Shown: one piece after another, positions 47,074 through 51,916 of the stretch
Layout: every line of letters begins with the position of its first letter
Numbering within the stretch: position 1 is the first letter of the stretch
DNA from: a bacterium
GTDB taxonomy: Bacteria > Fidelibacterota > Marinisomatia > Marinisomatales > UBA1611
Direction of reading: 5' to 3'
Assembly: GCA_038127595.1 (NCBI GenBank)
Contig: JAYPIC010000004.1
Coordinates: 1-51,916 of the forward strand
Length of the DNA: 51,916 nt
Translations under genes and position numbers: made by a program
Notes under the pieces: model-generated
The model's input: only the letters and a program-made list of their open reading frames with translations
Databases searched by the model: none
Told to the model about the DNA's origin: nothing

Positions 47074-50000
47074 TTATTTTAATAGAACCATTTTTTTAGT
47101 TTTCCTGAATTCACCTGCTTGAATCGTGTAGATGTACATTCCAGCCGATACTGATTGTCCCAAATTATTTGTAGCATCCCAAAGTACAAATCTACGACCA
47201 GGCTTTTGTACTTCATTAATTAAAGAAACTACTTCACGCCCCATAACATCAAATATTTTTAGTGAGACGAGTTCAGTTTTTGGAAGCTCATAATCAATCC
47301 TAGTAATTGGATTAAACGGATTAGGGTAGTTCTGATCTAAGCTAAAAACTAAAGGTGTAATTTGTTCGCCAATACTTACAGATACATCTTCAACTATTAA
47401 GCTAATGTCTATAGTATCTGTGTCAGAAGAATTATTATTTAGTACTACAATTTTTGATTCATACAAACCGTATCCTAGATCATTTGTATTTATTGAAATG
47501 TCTGCTAGTTCTGTTTCCAAGTAATGCACGTATCCAGAATCATTAGAAGAAATCCACTTTGGTATCACATTCAAACTAATTTCATCTAAAGCCACGCCAG
47601 AAGCCCAGTTACCATTATCATTAGATCGAAATGCGATATCAATAGTTTGACCTGCATAGGAATCTAAATTTATTTTTTCTTTCAACCATTCCTCTACATT
47701 GCCATCATAAATATCTAATGATAATAATTCTATAGAATTTTCCCAATTATCTAATGATGCTAAAACTTGAAATTCTTGACCGTAATTACCAGTAAAAAAC
47801 CTTAAAAATGATAAATTTATATATGCATTAGGTAGTTGTATGGGTCCTGTAAATAACATGTCATTTGAACCGTCACTATTGCATAGGTCGTCATTTGTGG
47901 CAATATAAAAATCATTTCCAGCAGGAATAGGAAAGTAGGCACTGGTCGCATCTTGAGTTACAAACCATCCAGGGTTATCACATTCAGCATTTGTGGCTGT
48001 ATACCAATTTGATGGTAATAATCCATTTGCAAAATCAATATATAATTCGCGATTTTCTGCTATAAATGTCTTATAGCTGAGGACGGATGCTTCCTCACCA
48101 TCATTAGTGATACCAATGGATATTATAGAAAGACTATCACTGGATAATGATAATTCTATTACTTCATCAGAAATTGACATAGAAGGAATGTTATTATTTT
48201 GAATGTTTATCATTCCGTTATTTATATCAAAAAATATATTATCATTAGCTTGTACCATAATTCTTGCAGAATTTGTTGGAATAGTTGGCGGTACTAAAAA
48301 AGTGTATGACCCATTATTCAGAATGGAATCTGCAAGAATGAAATCAAAATTTTTATCACCAAAAAACGAAATTAGGATATTAACTGATTGGCAATTTACG
48401 CCATTAGGATTATCTGTATTAGCTACATCCCATGTTATAGTCTGTTCTGAACCTACCTCCCAAGTAGTTGAGTCTGTTTGTGAAGTAACTCTAAAAGGAC
48501 CTGCTGTTCCATCAACAAAAAATTTTAGATTTTTATGATTTAATGATCCAGAATATGGGTCATTAGTTCTTACAACTAAACGCATGTTCATCTCTCTTGT
48601 TGCAAACGGTAACTTTTCTACAATCTGGTTTATTCCAGTATAATAGTTCATGCCATATTTTTCATATTCATTATTCAGTAATAAATCCATTTCTGGAAAA
48701 TAACGCTTATATCCTTTTGGTTGGGGAGCTGCTGGTATAGATAGTGAACCTTGATCTGGCAAGAGGAAGTTTTCTGCTTCAGGATCTGCTGAATAAAGTT
48801 CATCCGCAGTATCATTAGATTCCCAATTGTACGTATAATTTTCACTAAGTGGATAACTACTTCCTTCAAGAACATATGGCGTTTCAATAGGAATTGTAAA
48901 TCCCTCTTCTGGTAATATCACTTCTGGAATGATATTATTCATTTGTTCTGTAGTATAGCCATTATGGTAATACCAATTCCCATACGGACCTATGGTCTCC
49001 TGATAGTTTAATGCCCATTCAGTACTGTGAGTTGAAAACATATTTCCTGTCTGATTTACACTATGCACCATAATAGTTCCACCAATAGATGTTCTTATAC
49101 CATTTTCTCCACAAAAATTATGAGGGGAACCAAAATTATGCATTACCTCATGACTAAAAACCGCCATACTAGGAACCTGAGCAGAGGTAGGCCCTGGACA
49201 ATACGCTAAACCTCCAGGGTATCCAGTATCAAATAAAGCTCCATAATCCCACAATCTTTCTTCATCAGTTGAATCCCAACCACCACTACCTACTCTAGCA
49301 TCTAAAACTGAATCTACAACACCTAGTTCACAACCGAGAGTTGCCCAACCATCTCCACAATCTTGGTTAAATACATCTGGTGCGGGGTTATCATTAGTAA
49401 AAATTAATTCATCATTATTTTCCACAATTTGCAATTGAAAAGAAACATCTCTTACATAAAGTGAATTAACATATGCAACAGAACCTACTAGCCATGTCAA
49501 TCCACCTTCTATTGTTCCATCAGCAGCATCATTGGTTACAGCCTCTGTCACCATCGCAGCAAATCGATAAGTTACTAACTCTGTACCTGCAGGATAACAG
49601 GGATCATCTGTACCCATGCACTCTGGGAATTCTCTATTTGTTTCTAGTACACTATTTTTCGTTTTGCAAAAAGTTTCTTCATTTCTAATAGTTTCGTTGT
49701 ATACCACAATCCCATTAATTCTATCTTGGACATTAAATGATTTAAAATGAGATGGTTTTAGATTGGAGTCTACAGATCCAATTATTTTATCTCCATTTAA
49801 TACTACTGTCGCTCTGTGAGTGGGATTTTCAAGTCCTATGCCAACATATGTTTTAATATTTGGATATTTTTTTGCTAGGTTAGGGTGAATTACTGTATTT
49901 TGATAAAACCTAAAAGAAATTTTCTTTCCTTCAGATGTTGGCATAAATAAAACTATATCAGATGGTTTCCTTTCAGAAGCGTTGGGTGCTTGAAGAAGTT

Positions 50001-50160
50001 TATTTTTAAAATCATTTAGGTTTAATTCAAAAACTGAACCATTATTTATTTTTTCCTTATAGTACCAAAAGTCAGTATGATAATTTTCACCAAAAGTATG
50101 CGATGTGAATTGAAAAAATAAAATTAAAAATAACGTAGTTTTACATTGGATAAATTTCAC
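47074..50160 (-). CDS. Secreted reprolysin-like (M12B/metzincin) zinc metalloprotease with cleaved-adhesin-like domain and T9SS/FlgD-type C-terminal domain
   Basis: Signal peptide, prodomain (LAKKYPNIKTY.G), HEVMHNFGSPH, Met-turn GTIM, AGPF.VTS, IAFR...G.ALD, QNYPNPFNP...VSAGMY...TKKMVLLK. Confidence 0.9.
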   Translation of the reverse strand: MKFIQCKTTLFLILFFQFTSHTFGENYHTDFWYYKEKINNGSVFELNLNDFKNKLLQAPNASERKPSDIVLFMPTSEGKKISFRFYQNTVIHPNLAKKYPNIKTYVGIGLENPTHRATVVLNGDKIIGSVDSNLKPSHFKSFNVQDRINGIVVYNETIRNEETFCKTKNSVLETNREFPECMGTDDPCYPAGTELVTYRFAAMVTEAVTNDAADGTIEGGLTWLVGSVAYVNSLYVRDVSFQLQIVENNDELIFTNDNPAPDVFNQDCGDGWATLGCELGVVDSVLDARVGSGGWDSTDEERLWDYGALFDTGYPGGLAYCPGPTSAQVPSMAVFSHEVMHNFGSPHNFCGENGIRTSIGGTIMVHSVNQTGNMFSTHSTEWALNYQETIGPYGNWYYHNGYTTEQMNNIIPEVILPEEGFTIPIETPYVLEGSSYPLSENYTYNWESNDTADELYSADPEAENFLLPDQGSLSIPAAPQPKGYKRYFPEMDLLLNNEYEKYGMNYYTGINQIVEKLPFATREMNMRLVVRTNDPYSGSLNHKNLKFFVDGTAGPFRVTSQTDSTTWEVGSEQTITWDVANTDNPNGVNCQSVNILISFFGDKNFDFILADSILNNGSYTFLVPPTIPTNSARIMVQANDNIFFDINNGMINIQNNNIPSMSISDEVIELSLSSDSLSIISIGITNDGEEASVLSYKTFIAENRELYIDFANGLLPSNWYTATNAECDNPGWFVTQDATSAYFPIPAGNDFYIATNDDLCNSDGSNDMLFTGPIQLPNAYINLSFLRFFTGNYGQEFQVLASLDNWENSIELLSLDIYDGNVEEWLKEKINLDSYAGQTIDIAFRSNDNGNWASGVALDEISLNVIPKWISSNDSGYVHYLETELADISINTNDLGYGLYESKIVVLNNNSSDTDTIDISLIVEDVSVSIGEQITPLVFSLDQNYPNPFNPITRIDYELPKTELVSLKIFDVMGREVVSLINEVQKPGRRFVLWDATNNLGQSVSAGMYIYTIQAGEFRKTKKMVLLK

Positions 50161-50346
50161 AGTTGGTCCTTTGAATTAAATATTTAAAACGATTTTATCT
50201 TTTAGTGTTTTTTATACTTACAATAAATGAAAAAATATATTAACAAAATTTAATTACAGTACTTTGAGTTTTTCTAGCCAAGATTGATTAATCTCAATAA
50301 TAGCAGAAATACAAAAATTTTAGTTATCATCATTTAAAGGAGTAGG

Positions 50347-51342
50347 ATGGAAAATTTCACATCAAAAAAATTTGGAATATGGTTTGACTTTAAAATTCAG
50401 CCAGAAAATGAATGGATGAAGTTTTTTGATAAGCTTGAAAATGCAAATATAAGTGAATGTTTTATAAACGCTAATGCTAATCAATTAAACTATTTAATTT
50501 CTTTAACTAAGAATTATAATTTTAATATTCATGGATGGATATGGACATTGAATAGACCATATGATGAAAAATGCTCCAAAAATCTAGATTGGTATTCTGT
50601 TAATAAAAATGGACAGAATAGCTATGAAAATCGTCCTTACGTTGATTACTACCAGTGGCTTAGTCCTTTTAGTGAGGGTGCAAGGGATTATATTAAAGGC
50701 AATATATCAAAAATTGCTTCTGTTGATGGTCTATCATCTGTACACCTTGATTATGTAAGGTATTGTGATGTTTTTCTTCCAAAAAATCTTCAAAAATATT
50801 ACAGTATAAATCAGACTCATGAATTTCCAGAATATGATTTTGGGTACCATATAAATGGCAGAAAAAGTTTCAAAGATATGTATGGAATTGATCCAATTGA
50901 TATTAATGATACCAAACTATCAAGAAAGTGGAAACAATTTAGATGCGATGCTGTAAGTAGTTTAGTTAAGGAATTAAAAGCGATTGCAAAAAATAGAAAA
51001 AAAAAGATTTCTGCAGCAGTGTTTCCTTATCCTGAAATGTCTAAGGAAATGGTTCTTCAAGATTGGTCCTCTTGGGATTTAGATATTGTTTGTCCGATGA
51101 ATTATCATCACTTTTATGATGGCGATATTGATTGGATATCTGATAGTGTTTCAAAAGGTGTTAAATATAAAAAACCAGATGGAATGTACTTATCTGGATT
51201 ATTTTTAGGAGTATTATCTCCACCAAAATTAAATGAAGCAATTAAGTCATGTTTGAAAAGTGGTGCTAATGGAGTTTGCCTATTTAACGATGAGTGTTTA
51301 AAAGAAGAGCATATTAAAATATTAAAATCTTTTAGATTATAG
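50347..51342 (+). CDS. GHL10/YddW-like glycoside hydrolase (TIM barrel)
   Basis: HGWIWTLNR, WY.VN..G, YY.WL.P, VHLDYVRY.D, W..FR, SAAVFP, V.QDW, PMNYH; AAGGAG RBS; no obvious signal peptide. Confidence 0.8.
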   Translation: MENFTSKKFGIWFDFKIQPENEWMKFFDKLENANISECFINANANQLNYLISLTKNYNFNIHGWIWTLNRPYDEKCSKNLDWYSVNKNGQNSYENRPYVDYYQWLSPFSEGARDYIKGNISKIASVDGLSSVHLDYVRYCDVFLPKNLQKYYSINQTHEFPEYDFGYHINGRKSFKDMYGIDPIDINDTKLSRKWKQFRCDAVSSLVKELKAIAKNRKKKISAAVFPYPEMSKEMVLQDWSSWDLDIVCPMNYHHFYDGDIDWISDSVSKGVKYKKPDGMYLSGLFLGVLSPPKLNEAIKSCLKSGANGVCLFNDECLKEEHIKILKSFRL

Positions 51343-51354
51343 ATGTTTATCGAC

Positions 51355-51915
51355 TTAGCGTACTTTATACTTTTTCATTCCTAACATAGGTCTTAACCAA
51401 TTAATCCTTTTAACAATTTCATAACCTATAAAACACCCGATGAAGGTTATTATATTGATTAAAATAAATTGAATGAAAAGAGTTAAAGTGGTGATTTCTG
51501 TTTTTTTGAATTTTGGGATTAAGAGAGGTACTGGACTGAAATCAGCCCCAATTTTTCCTTTCTCATCTGGCGTAATAGATATCTTAAATGAATCTTCTTT
51601 CCTAGTTACATTAATATCAATGGGTATATCAGGTTTCCAGTTTTCAAAATTTGTTATTATTTGGTCACCATTTAAAAGCATGGCTTTATCAGCTGGACTA
51701 CCTGGTTCAATGGCAATAATAGTATAAGTCTTATCTATATGGGTTGGACGATTTAGAATTAGTTCTGAAGCTGCAAAAAGAAATATCATATGCAGGATAT
51801 ATATTGGATAAACAGCTTTTCCAAGATAGGTTAATAATTTGCTAGGACTATTAAGATAAGTTGAGCTAAATCCAAATAAAGCAAAAAGCCAGCTCCATGA
51901 TTCTATTACAATTAA
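51355..51915 (-). CDS. Acyltransferase-3 (OpgC-like) membrane protein, 5'-partial, with inserted PDZ-like domain
   Basis: Frame open to the window edge: ...ESWSWLFALFGFSSTYLNSPSKLLTYLGKAVYPIYILHMIFL..., then a PDZ-like segment, then ...GCFIGYEIVKRINWLRPMLGMK. Confidence 0.78.
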   Translation of the reverse strand, partial: LIVIESWSWLFALFGFSSTYLNSPSKLLTYLGKAVYPIYILHMIFLFAASELILNRPTHIDKTYTIIAIEPGSPADKAMLLNGDQIITNFENWKPDIPIDINVTRKEDSFKISITPDEKGKIGADFSPVPLLIPKFKKTEITTLTLFIQFILINIITFIGCFIGYEIVKRINWLRPMLGMKKYKVR

Positions 51916-51916
51916 A

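Overview
AT-rich, densely packed bacterial chromosome segment with about 55 genes and one tRNA. I found no CRISPR array, integrase, transposase or phage genes. The gene content (FCB-type lipid A cluster, T9SS-type C-terminal sorting domains, a dockerin-like tail, strong AGGAG ribosome-binding sites) suggests a marine FCB-group bacterium, most likely Marinisomatota (Marinimicrobia/SAR406); this is an inference. Main blocks: cca, ferredoxin, mrp; uppS-bamA-skp-lpxD-lpxC-fabZ-lpxA-hyp-dxr-rseP; lpxL-tsaC-DUF3108; nfeD-floA-yqfB-like; M23-cdd-udk-tdk-nupC-adk-coaE; endonuclease I, arsC, amidinotransferase and a lipoprotein pair; MTase-like-yqeY-cvpA-dnaG-two AMIN/PEGA proteins-barrel protein-gpmA; tRNA-Ile2; rlmB, class IV aminotransferase and sulfotransferase-like; PQQ dehydrogenase, K+ channel, greA, secreted metzincin, GHL10 hydrolase and an OpgC-like acyltransferase. 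The first ~825 nt look foreign (Pelagibacter-like AsmA/YhdP sequence) and are joined in frame to a decapitated CCA-adding enzyme through a 21-nt EGDGISF overlap, most likely an assembly or MDA chimera. The best candidates for new biology are an Mrp/ApbC whose Fe-S-binding CxxC loop is replaced by a CarboxypepD_reg-like insert, an aminotransferase-IV/sulfotransferase pair with a non-canonical PLP-lysine position, a catalytically degenerate DNA methyltransferase heading the primase operon together with a novel envelope module, and an acyltransferase-3 carrying an inserted PDZ domain. All family assignments come from motif recognition, not database searches.
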